Of a stretch of 24,707 nucleotides of DNA, positions 7,407 to 14,506 are shown one piece after another. Made by a program: the position numbers and the translations under genes. How positions within the stretch are numbered: the first letter of the stretch is position 1; each line of letters starts with the position of its first letter. This DNA comes from PVC group bacterium. GTDB lineage: Bacteria; Auribacterota; Erginobacteria; Erginobacterales; Erginobacteraceae. The notes under the pieces are model-generated. The model did not search any database and was not told the DNA's origin. It was given only the letters and a program-made list of their open reading frames with translations. The stretch lies in contig JAZDIV010000073.1 of NCBI GenBank assembly GCA_043804695.1, forward strand, positions 1 to 24,707, given 5' to 3'.

Positions 7407-8426
7407 ATGATCAAGAACTCATTGATTAAATGGTCGGTCTTTATAACTCTCCTCACTCTTCTCTCTTGTCGTCCTCCAGAGCCGGCCGTCCGTAATGAAG
7501 GCCTGCCCCGCTGGTGCCGGGTCTACTTCACCCCCGCCGATCCGGTGACCGATCACCTGGTCTCCCTGATCGACCGCGCCCGGGAGAAGGTCTGGGCGGC
7601 CTTTTACAGCTGTACCCTAGATGAGGTGGCCCGGGCGCTGCTGCGGGCGCAGGGACGGGGGGTGGACGTCCGGGTGATCATGGACGACGCCTCCGCCCGC
7701 GCCGCTGACTCCCAATCGCATCTGCTGCGGGAGCGGGGGCTATTGAAGACCGACCTCGGCCCCTCCGACTTCATGCACCACAAGTTCATGGTTGTTGACG
7801 GCTATATTACCTGGACCGGTTCCTGCAACCCCGGCGAGACCGGTGTCTATTGCGATGACAATAACGTCATCGTCATCTCCTCCGCCCGGCTGGCCGCCAA
7901 TTACGAGGATGAGTTCCTGGAAATGTGGGAAGGCCGTTACGGCTCGTCCTCCCCCGGCCCGACCGCGGAACCGCGGCTGCGGATCGGGCGGGTACTGGTC
8001 GAGAGCTACTTCGCCCCCGAGGACCCCTGCGAACGGCGTCTGATCGAGCTGATCCGCGCGGCCAGAAAAAGCGTCCGGTTCGCGGCCTTCGCCTTCACCC
8101 TGGAGCCGGTGGCGGAGGCTCTGCTGGAAGCTCACCTGGCCGGGGTCGACGTCAGGGGGGTGATGGAACGGGGCCAGAACAGCCCCTGGAACTGTTACCG
8201 GATTTTCGAGGACTGCGGGATCGGCGTCCGCTGGGACCAGAACCTCTACTACCTCCACCACAAGTTCTTCGTCATCGACGAAAAGATCGTGGTCACCGGT
8301 TCTTTCAACCCGACCAAGCACGCCTGCGAGGCCAACGATGAGAACATGCTGATCGTCCACCACAGCGTCGTTGCCCGGAAGTATCTGGACGAGTTTGAAC
8401 GATTGTGGGAGAGGAAATGGGAGTGA
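7407..8426 (+). CDS. Lipoprotein PLD-family nuclease-like protein with two HKD motifs
   Basis: Signal peptide with lipobox LLSC; HHKFMVVD-x6-GSCN and HHKFFVID-x6-GSFN, each followed by N-D/E-N-type motif as in Nuc-like PLDs; ATG 7407 chosen because the upstream TTG lies in repeats. Confidence 0.88.
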   Translation: MIKNSLIKWSVFITLLTLLSCRPPEPAVRNEGLPRWCRVYFTPADPVTDHLVSLIDRAREKVWAAFYSCTLDEVARALLRAQGRGVDVRVIMDDASARAADSQSHLLRERGLLKTDLGPSDFMHHKFMVVDGYITWTGSCNPGETGVYCDDNNVIVISSARLAANYEDEFLEMWEGRYGSSSPGPTAEPRLRIGRVLVESYFAPEDPCERRLIELIRAARKSVRFAAFAFTLEPVAEALLEAHLAGVDVRGVMERGQNSPWNCYRIFEDCGIGVRWDQNLYYLHHKFFVIDEKIVVTGSFNPTKHACEANDENMLIVHHSVVARKYLDEFERLWERKWE

Positions 8427-8469
8427 GGAGAAAAGACGAGATGCCAGATTCAAGATACGGGATGTCAGA

Positions 8470-8537
8470 GCCCCGACTATGTCGGGGCCTCGAAGATCCG
8501 GTCGAAGATCCGGCAGAATTGACGGGCAGAATTGACG
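8470..8537. repeat. REP-like hairpin followed by two short tandem duplications
   Basis: GCCCCGAC-TAT-GTCGGGGC; TCGAAGATCCGG x2 (8490-8513); GGCAGAATTGACG x2 (8512-8537). Confidence 0.7.
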
Positions 8538-8701
8538 GAGAGATCCCGTCGAAGGCAGGGCACGATATAGAATACAATATGTTACCCTAATTCAATATCA
8601 TGAGACCGGAGGCGGACAAGCTAACCTGGAACGAGACCTGAAACGACCTGGAACGAGATAGAGTTGACGATGACAACGTTATGTAGTAGTATAAGAATAT
8701 C

Positions 8702-8914
8702 ATGAAAACTATCGAATTCGAGACAGAGTTGAGAGGAAATAGGAGCCTGCGAGTTCCCAGCACTGTACTCGACTCTCTGCCGACCAGCGGAAAGGCAATC
8801 GTGTTGGTATGCGTGGACCTTGATCCGGAAGATCGCGAGTGGCGCAAGGCATCTTACGAACAGTTCCTCCGTGACGACTCGGATGAAGATGCGGTGTATG
8901 ATAAGTACTGTTGA
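8702..8914 (+). CDS. Putative antitoxin, small protein with acidic C-terminus
   Basis: 70 aa overlapping the downstream mazF; ends W.KASYEQFLRDDSDEDAVYD; promoter TTGACG-17-TAGTAT at 8664-8692. Confidence 0.75.
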   Translation: MKTIEFETELRGNRSLRVPSTVLDSLPTSGKAIVLVCVDLDPEDREWRKASYEQFLRDDSDEDAVYDKYC

Positions 8915-9224
8915 ACTCGGCGACGTATACATATGCCTGTTTCCTTTTACTTCGGGACGCCACTCTAAGCCGCGGCCGGTTCTGATTCTTTGCGATCTTG
9001 ATCCGGACTGTCTCATTTGCCGCATCACCTCTGTGCCGCACCAAGGATTTCTTGACCTCCGCGTAGCCCAGTGGCAGGAAGTAGGCTTAGAAAAACCATC
9101 CATCATAAGGCTTTCCCGCCTCGTCACTGTAGAGAAGAGCCTGCTCAAGGTCCGCATTGGGAAACTCTCCGACAGGGACCTGAATATTGTACGAAAGACT
9201 TGGAATAAGCAATTTCGACTGTGA
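8898..9224 (+). CDS. mazF: PemK/MazF-family toxin
   Basis: GDVYICLFPFTSG..SKPRPVLIL, ICRITS, GLEKPSIIRLSRLVTVEK, IGKLS; ATG 8898 inside antitoxin 3' end. Confidence 0.9.
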   Translation: MISTVELGDVYICLFPFTSGRHSKPRPVLILCDLDPDCLICRITSVPHQGFLDLRVAQWQEVGLEKPSIIRLSRLVTVEKSLLKVRIGKLSDRDLNIVRKTWNKQFRL

Positions 9225-9321
9225 CGCATCGAACGACCGACTTCCTCCTTCTTAAGAAGCTCTAAGTAAACGACCTAACCTCTGCCTGGAGAAGGTGTCA
9301 TCCTTTTTGTACTTTTCATAT

Positions 9322-9338
9322 TGCAATGGGTGTGCCAG
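9322..9338 (-). promoter_or_regulatory. Near-consensus sigma54 (-24/-12) promoter
   Basis: Minus strand CTGGCACACCCATTGCA = TGGCAC-N5-TTGC with exact GG-N10-GC spacing. Confidence 0.4.
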
Positions 9339-9392
9339 CAAGTCTATTTATGAACTCTTCCACACCTCTTATTCCATAAGGATTATTATGTT

Positions 9393-9647
9393 ATGCGGAC
9401 GGTACTTGACAAATTTGGACGGGTGGTAATCCCGAAGCAGGTAAGGCTCCATCTTGGACTAAGAGCGGGAACCTTGCTGAAGATCGAGGAGAGAGACCAT
9501 AAAGTTCTGCTTGAACCCGTCGAAGAGGAAACATGCCTGGCAGAGAAAGATGGTTTGCTGGTATTTTCCGGAAGCGCGGTCGGTAAACTTTCCGGATCCG
9601 TGTGCTCTCATCGAGAAGCCCGCTTGGAAAAGCTGGGAGTTTATTAG
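9393..9647 (+). CDS. AbrB/MazE/SpoVT-family DNA-binding protein (orphan antitoxin-like)
   Basis: 84 aa; LDKFGRVVIPKQVR..LGLRAG. Confidence 0.88.
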   Translation: MRTVLDKFGRVVIPKQVRLHLGLRAGTLLKIEERDHKVLLEPVEEETCLAEKDGLLVFSGSAVGKLSGSVCSHREARLEKLGVY

Positions 9648-9686
9648 CTTATAAGATTACATAGAAGAAAGAAAGGGGGAAGAATA

Positions 9687-10370
9687 ATGATATCGCCGAA
9701 AATACAATCTGCCGGTGAGTGCATGATCTGCCGGAAAGTGGTTGAGAAGTCGCAGATGATGCGGCACCTGAAAAGCTGCGTTGAGAAAAACACCGAAAAT
9801 CCTGAGGGAAAGTCCGCCCAACTCTTTCACGTATTCGTCGAGGGGCGCTATTTGCCGATGTACTGGTTGCATCTGGAAATAACCGGCGCCTTGACACTTG
9901 AACAACTGGATTCATTTCTGCGCGACATCTGGCTGGAATGTTGCGGTCATCTGAGCGCCTTCAAGATCGAAGACCAGAGGTACGCGAGCTTGCCGGCGGA
10001 AGAATCGATGTGGGGACTGCAAGAGAAAACCATGCGCGGCAAAATCTACAACATTCTCAAACCTGGCCTCAGATTCACTCATGAGTATGACTACGGATCG
10101 ACCACGGAACTCGCGTTGAAGGTTATTCGCGTGCGGAAAGGGGCGATCCCTAAGGGCGGAGTCCGTCTGCTCGCAAGGAACCAGGCTCCCGAAATTTCAT
10201 GCGTCATGTGCGGGAAACCGGCCACAAAGATTTGCAGTCTCTGTCGCTATGAAGGTGACCCCTGGTTCTGTGATGATTGCGCCCCGAAACACGATTGTGA
10301 AGCGGAAGGGGAAGCTTTTCTCCCGGTGGTCAATTCTCCGCGGGTCGGCGTTTGCGGATATTGCGGGTAG
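9687..10370 (+). CDS. pRiA4b ORF3-like protein with Cys-rich zinc-binding segments
   Basis: 227 aa; TLEQLDSFLRDIWLECCGHLSAF, HEYDYGSTTEL, several CxxC, ends NSPRVGVCGY. Confidence 0.75.
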   Translation: MISPKIQSAGECMICRKVVEKSQMMRHLKSCVEKNTENPEGKSAQLFHVFVEGRYLPMYWLHLEITGALTLEQLDSFLRDIWLECCGHLSAFKIEDQRYASLPAEESMWGLQEKTMRGKIYNILKPGLRFTHEYDYGSTTELALKVIRVRKGAIPKGGVRLLARNQAPEISCVMCGKPATKICSLCRYEGDPWFCDDCAPKHDCEAEGEAFLPVVNSPRVGVCGYCG

Positions 10371-10418
10371 TCCGGGAAAAAAGTTCAGGGAAAACGCCGG
10401 GTTGGTGGTGGATAGAAA

Positions 10419-10847
10419 TTACACTTTCCCCTCTCTGATCTCGGCTTCCGAATTGTCGGAGTAGATACCTTCGATAATGACTCGGTTGGTCACCTCGCCA
10501 AGGTATGAGGTAAGTGTCTTATCGAGCTCTATATACTCGGGCCAAAGTATTTCCTGGACAAAAGTCTCCGGCATCTTGGCCATCACTGTCGTGTAACGCT
10601 GACCCCGATAACGGTAGGGTTTGATCCCATAGCGGCGCAACAAAGCGACAAAGAGCTTTCGCGACCACATATCCCCCAGTGTAAATTTGAATTCCACGAG
10701 AGGATCAAGTTTTTGGAGCTTTTGAAGACGCTGGTGAATTCTTTCCAGAGCGCCTGCCGCCGCGGCACGCTCTCCGGTTGTAGTCGCGCCGGCGAAAAGT
10801 GCCTCAATATGTTTGATTTTCTCCAGGAATTTTTGTTCTTCGTTCAT
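10419..10847 (-). CDS. Hypothetical protein (N-terminal helical hairpin reminiscent of DUF2786)
   Basis: 142 aa from ATG 10847; LEKIKHIEALFAGATTTGERAAA, LFVALLRRYGIKPYRY; longer 151-aa call starts in a REP-like element. Confidence 0.75.
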   Translation of the reverse strand: MNEEQKFLEKIKHIEALFAGATTTGERAAAAGALERIHQRLQKLQKLDPLVEFKFTLGDMWSRKLFVALLRRYGIKPYRYRGQRYTTVMAKMPETFVQEILWPEYIELDKTLTSYLGEVTNRVIIEGIYSDNSEAEIREGKV

Positions 10848-10865
10848 TTTCCGAAGAGATGGATT

Positions 10866-10909
10866 CCCTCTCATCCTGACCGTCTCCCCCAGAAATTGGG
10901 AGAGAGGGA
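10866..10909. repeat. REP-like palindrome (CCCTC...TCTCCC...GGGAGAGGG type)
   Basis: CCCTCTCATCCTGACCGTCTCCCCCAGAAATTGGGAGAGAGGGA. Confidence 0.6.
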
Positions 10910-10996
10910 TTATTTTGGTCGGTGGGGATGATGTACTTCCGACGGTAGTTTAAAGTTTTTCTCCGAAAAATTTTATCGTATTATTCTTTTAAGCTC

Positions 10997-12076
10997 TTAC
11001 TCCAGCTTCGCCTGAGCCCGAATCATGGCCTCGTGTAGCTTTTTACGCAGCAAAGACCGGGATGGCAGTTCCGTAACATAGGCAGCAACTCGGATGCCGC
11101 TTTTACTCAGTTGCAATAATTCAATATGTTCTTTGGACTTGCCAGCGCACAAAATCAATCCGAGCGGAGATTCCTCATTTGGTTGACGGTCATACTTCTC
11201 CATCCAGCGAAGATACAATTCCATCTGGCCTTTATCGGCTGCCCGAAATTTCCCCAGCTTAAGATCAATGGCGATCAGGCGCTTCAGTTTCCGGTGGAAA
11301 AAGAGAAGATCGATGTAATAGTCTTCCTTGTCCACGGTTATCCGTTTCTGCCGCGCCACAAAACTGAATCCCACACCAAGTTCCAGGATAAACGATTCGA
11401 GCTCGCGTAAAATCGCTGCTTCCAAGTCTTTCTCGCTGTATGTGTCCTTAAGTCCGAGGAAATCGAGGAAGTAGGGGTCTCTGAAAACAAGGTCGGGGGT
11501 AAGCCTGTCCTCTTTACGTAAGGCAGCAAGCTCCTGTTTGGCCAGTTTAGCCGGTTTCTTTGAAAGAGCGGTACGCTCAAAAAGCATTCCCCTAATTTTA
11601 TTCCGCAACGTGCGCACGCTCCATCGCTCAATTCGGCACATTTCCGCATAGAAATCACATTGGAGGTCATCCTCAAGCCGCATAATTTCAATAAAATGAC
11701 TCCAGCTTAATTGTGCAGACAGTGTCTGCACAATATTTGAATTCGGAAATGCTTCACTAAATCGGACCATGTTAAACAAGTTGCGTTTACTGAATCCCCG
11801 GCCAAAATCACCGGTCAATTGTCTACTTAAAGCGAAAATGATCTCTTTACCGTATCCAGCCCGCTTTTCTTTTAGAATGTCCACACGAATTCGTTGACCG
11901 ATTCTCCAGTAAAGATCAATCAGGATTGTATTGACCGTCCTGGCTATACTCCAGCGGGACTCCTCAATCATTTCGCGTAGGTCCCGGACCAAATCATCAG
12001 GGATAGCAACTGCCTCCATCTGGTGAGTCTTATTAAAATGAACGAGCTGTTTGTTATCTTTTGATTTCTTATTCAT
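10997..12076 (-). CDS. yhcG: YhcG/DUF1016 PD-(D/E)XK nuclease domain protein
   Basis: 359 aa; YWRIG, GRGFS..NL, LSWSH, WSVRTL, RDPYFLDFL, ELG.GF.FVARQ, IDLLFFH, IDLK, GQMELY. Confidence 0.93.
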   Translation of the reverse strand: MNKKSKDNKQLVHFNKTHQMEAVAIPDDLVRDLREMIEESRWSIARTVNTILIDLYWRIGQRIRVDILKEKRAGYGKEIIFALSRQLTGDFGRGFSKRNLFNMVRFSEAFPNSNIVQTLSAQLSWSHFIEIMRLEDDLQCDFYAEMCRIERWSVRTLRNKIRGMLFERTALSKKPAKLAKQELAALRKEDRLTPDLVFRDPYFLDFLGLKDTYSEKDLEAAILRELESFILELGVGFSFVARQKRITVDKEDYYIDLLFFHRKLKRLIAIDLKLGKFRAADKGQMELYLRWMEKYDRQPNEESPLGLILCAGKSKEHIELLQLSKSGIRVAAYVTELPSRSLLRKKLHEAMIRAQAKLE

Positions 12077-12132
12077 GGATATTCAAAAAACAGATTAAAC
12101 ATTCTAATAATTAGTCGGATGAGGAGACGATT

Positions 12133-12684
12133 TTATTCCGGAAATTTATTAAAAATTTGTGCCGGCAACGTATTGTCTACCAGAGTGCTCAGCCTGCCCA
12201 CGATCGCCGCCGCCACCGGTTCCTGCTCCGCGGGGCGGGAGGCCGAGGTGATGGTGTCGACATCGAAATCGTCGGCCTTCCATTCCCCCGACCCGGAGGT
12301 GGTCACCAGGATCACCCTGCCGGGATCTTTTGCCCGGGAAAGAAACCGCTCCACGTCGGGCTGGAGCTTCCAGGCTTCGGTGGTGTGGATCAGGACCACC
12401 GCATCCCAGCGGTCCTCCTCCACACCGTCAAGCTTTGAAACGTCGATCACCTTGATATAGATCGGGCGAGATCCCACTTCTTTCACGACAGCGGCGACCA
12501 CGGCATCCTTGAATGCGCTCCCCTGGGTGGCGATCAGCATTTTCTTCTCCAATTCCGGGGAGTTCACCTCGAAGTGGGCAGCCGTTCTCTGCCTGTGAAC
12601 CAGCAGATATACCCCGAAGATGATGATCATCAGGCTGATGATACTAATCGGGATGAGGATAATTACTTTCGTCTTTTTCTTCAT
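12133..12684 (-). CDS. Membrane-anchored hypothetical protein (flavodoxin-like alpha/beta pattern)
   Basis: 183 aa; basic N-terminus plus TM helix, then LIATQGSAFK, WDAVVLIHT, VDTITSAS. Confidence 0.75.
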   Translation of the reverse strand: MKKKTKVIILIPISIISLMIIIFGVYLLVHRQRTAAHFEVNSPELEKKMLIATQGSAFKDAVVAAVVKEVGSRPIYIKVIDVSKLDGVEEDRWDAVVLIHTTEAWKLQPDVERFLSRAKDPGRVILVTTSGSGEWKADDFDVDTITSASRPAEQEPVAAAIVGRLSTLVDNTLPAQIFNKFPE

Positions 12685-12793
12685 ATGCTTTCAGCGTTTA
12701 TCGAGCTTCCGGATAGGATATCCCGGTCCGCCCAGTATCTTTCCCCGGACCTTCTCCACTTTTTTCACCTGGTCGTAATCGAACTTCGACAGG

Positions 12794-12979
12794 TTATTCC
12801 CCGGACTTTTTAAAACTCCGGGCAATGATGGCCCCGACCACTCCCCAGATGATGACGGGAAAGTAGGGGTTGCTGTAGAGGGGGCAGGCCCCGGTCCGGC
12901 AGCCCACGACCCGGTAGAGGGCGTAGCCCCCGGCCGCCCCCGCGATGGCGCCGATGATCGTGCGAAGAGTTGCGTTCAT
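12794..12979 (-). CDS. Small membrane protein, DUF6132-like
   Basis: 61 aa; GAIAGAAGGYALYRVVGCRTGACPLYSNP; AAGGA RBS. Confidence 0.8.
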   Translation of the reverse strand: MNATLRTIIGAIAGAAGGYALYRVVGCRTGACPLYSNPYFPVIIWGVVGAIIARSFKKSGE

Positions 12980-13063
12980 TCGTCATTTTTCCTTGTGATT
13001 TTATTCCAAAAAGTTATTTTTTTTAAGAAGTGTCGATTGCATAAAAAATACAAAACCTTGATC

Positions 13064-13334
13064 TAGTATTGCGTCTCAGAAATGTCTTGAATATTTTTGT
13101 CATCATTGCGAGCGAAAGAGAAGCAATCTGACCCGAAGGGTCATTCCTTCGGCAAGCTCAGGACAGGCTCTGGACATAGTGAAGGATCTATGCTTATTCA
13201 AAAGAGATCCTTCGGGTCACTTATCTCAATTCTTCGATGTCTGCGACCGGACGATGCTTCGCATCGGATTGCTTCGTCGCTCCGCTCCTCGCAATGACTG
13301 AATCATCTGACACAATTTCCGAGCCGGCACACTA
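13064..13334. mobile_element. MITE-like element with imperfect TIRs, TA duplication in a CTAG site and nested REP-like palindromes
   Basis: Left TA|GTATTGCGTCTCAGAAAT vs right reverse complement TA|GTGTGCCGGCTCGGAAAT (13/18); empty site would be GATCTAGATC. Confidence 0.6.
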
Positions 13335-13341
13335 GATCCCC

Positions 13342-14160
13342 CTAACCAAGGGCGACGTCCAGGGTCATCATGACCATGAAACCGACGATGGCGCCCATGG
13401 TGGCTAAATCGGTATTCCCTCCCTGCTGCGACTCCGGGATCAGTTCTTCGACCACCACGAAGATCATCGCCCCGGCGGCGAAGGCCAGTGCGTAGGGAAG
13501 CATGGGCCGGGCGAGCATGACCAATGCCGCCCCGATTACGCCGGCGACCGGCTCCACCATGCCGGAGAACTGCCCGTACAGGAAACTCTTCAGCCGGCTC
13601 AAGCCCTCCCGCCGGAGCGGCATCGCGACGGCGGTCCCCTCGGGGAAGTTCTGAATGCCGATCCCGATCGCCAGGGCTACCGCGCCGGCGAAGGTGGCTG
13701 AGGGGAGATTGAAAGCCAGCGCCCCGAAAGCGACCCCGACCGCCAGTCCTTCCGGAATGTTGTGCAGGGTGATCGCCAGAACCAGGAGAATACTTCGCTG
13801 CCAGGAGGTTTTGATCCCCTCCGCTTCCGACAGCTTGAGTCCGGGATGGAGGTGAGGGAGGATCTTGTCGATCAGCCAGAGAAAAAACGCGCCCAGGAAA
13901 AAGCCGGCCAGCGGCGGCACCCAGATCAGGCTCCCGTAGCCGAGCTCCTCGCTCATCTCGATCGAGGGGGCGAGCAGACTCCAGAAGCTGGCCGCGATCA
14001 TCACCCCGGCGGCGAAGCCGAGCATGCCGTCCATGACCCGCGGCCGGACGGTTTTGGCGAAGAATACCAGGGCCGCCCCGAGAGCGGTCACCCCCCAGGT
14101 GAAAAGAGTGGCAACCAGCGCCTGGAGAACCGGGTCGAGACTTTTAAAATAGTCAATCAT
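13342..14160 (-). CDS. ZIP-family (GufA/ZupT-like) divalent metal transporter
   Basis: 272 aa from ATG 14160; [45 protein letters not shown]. Confidence 0.93.
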   Translation of the reverse strand: MIDYFKSLDPVLQALVATLFTWGVTALGAALVFFAKTVRPRVMDGMLGFAAGVMIAASFWSLLAPSIEMSEELGYGSLIWVPPLAGFFLGAFFLWLIDKILPHLHPGLKLSEAEGIKTSWQRSILLVLAITLHNIPEGLAVGVAFGALAFNLPSATFAGAVALAIGIGIQNFPEGTAVAMPLRREGLSRLKSFLYGQFSGMVEPVAGVIGAALVMLARPMLPYALAFAAGAMIFVVVEELIPESQQGGNTDLATMGAIVGFMVMMTLDVALG

Positions 14161-14506
14161 TCCCGCGGTTTTATTAAAATTCCGAAGCGACCAGACATCC
14201 CATCCGGCCGGAGAGTATAACGATCTCAGGCCGCCGAAACAATGCAAACCGGCGGTTGCCGGGCGAATTTTTCGGAAGATCACGAACGACGCGGGTCAGA
14301 CGCGGGTCAGATGCCCCTTGCCGGTGAAACGCCGGAGTTATATACTATGCATACCGTGCTGTCCCGAAATTTCAATACATGTCAGCGCCATTAGGGCGCG
14401 CAGACACCGGGAAAACGGAAAAGCGCACTATGCCGGTATAATTATTGCAGTGTCCTGGTGGTAATAACAGCGGGTGGATCGGGCTAACGCAACCGGAGGG
14501 GATGTC

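Noticed and set aside
14330..14500. Riboswitch in the ZIP/pta divergent region
   Set aside because: No conserved yybP-ykoY, NiCo or other aptamer motifs recognised
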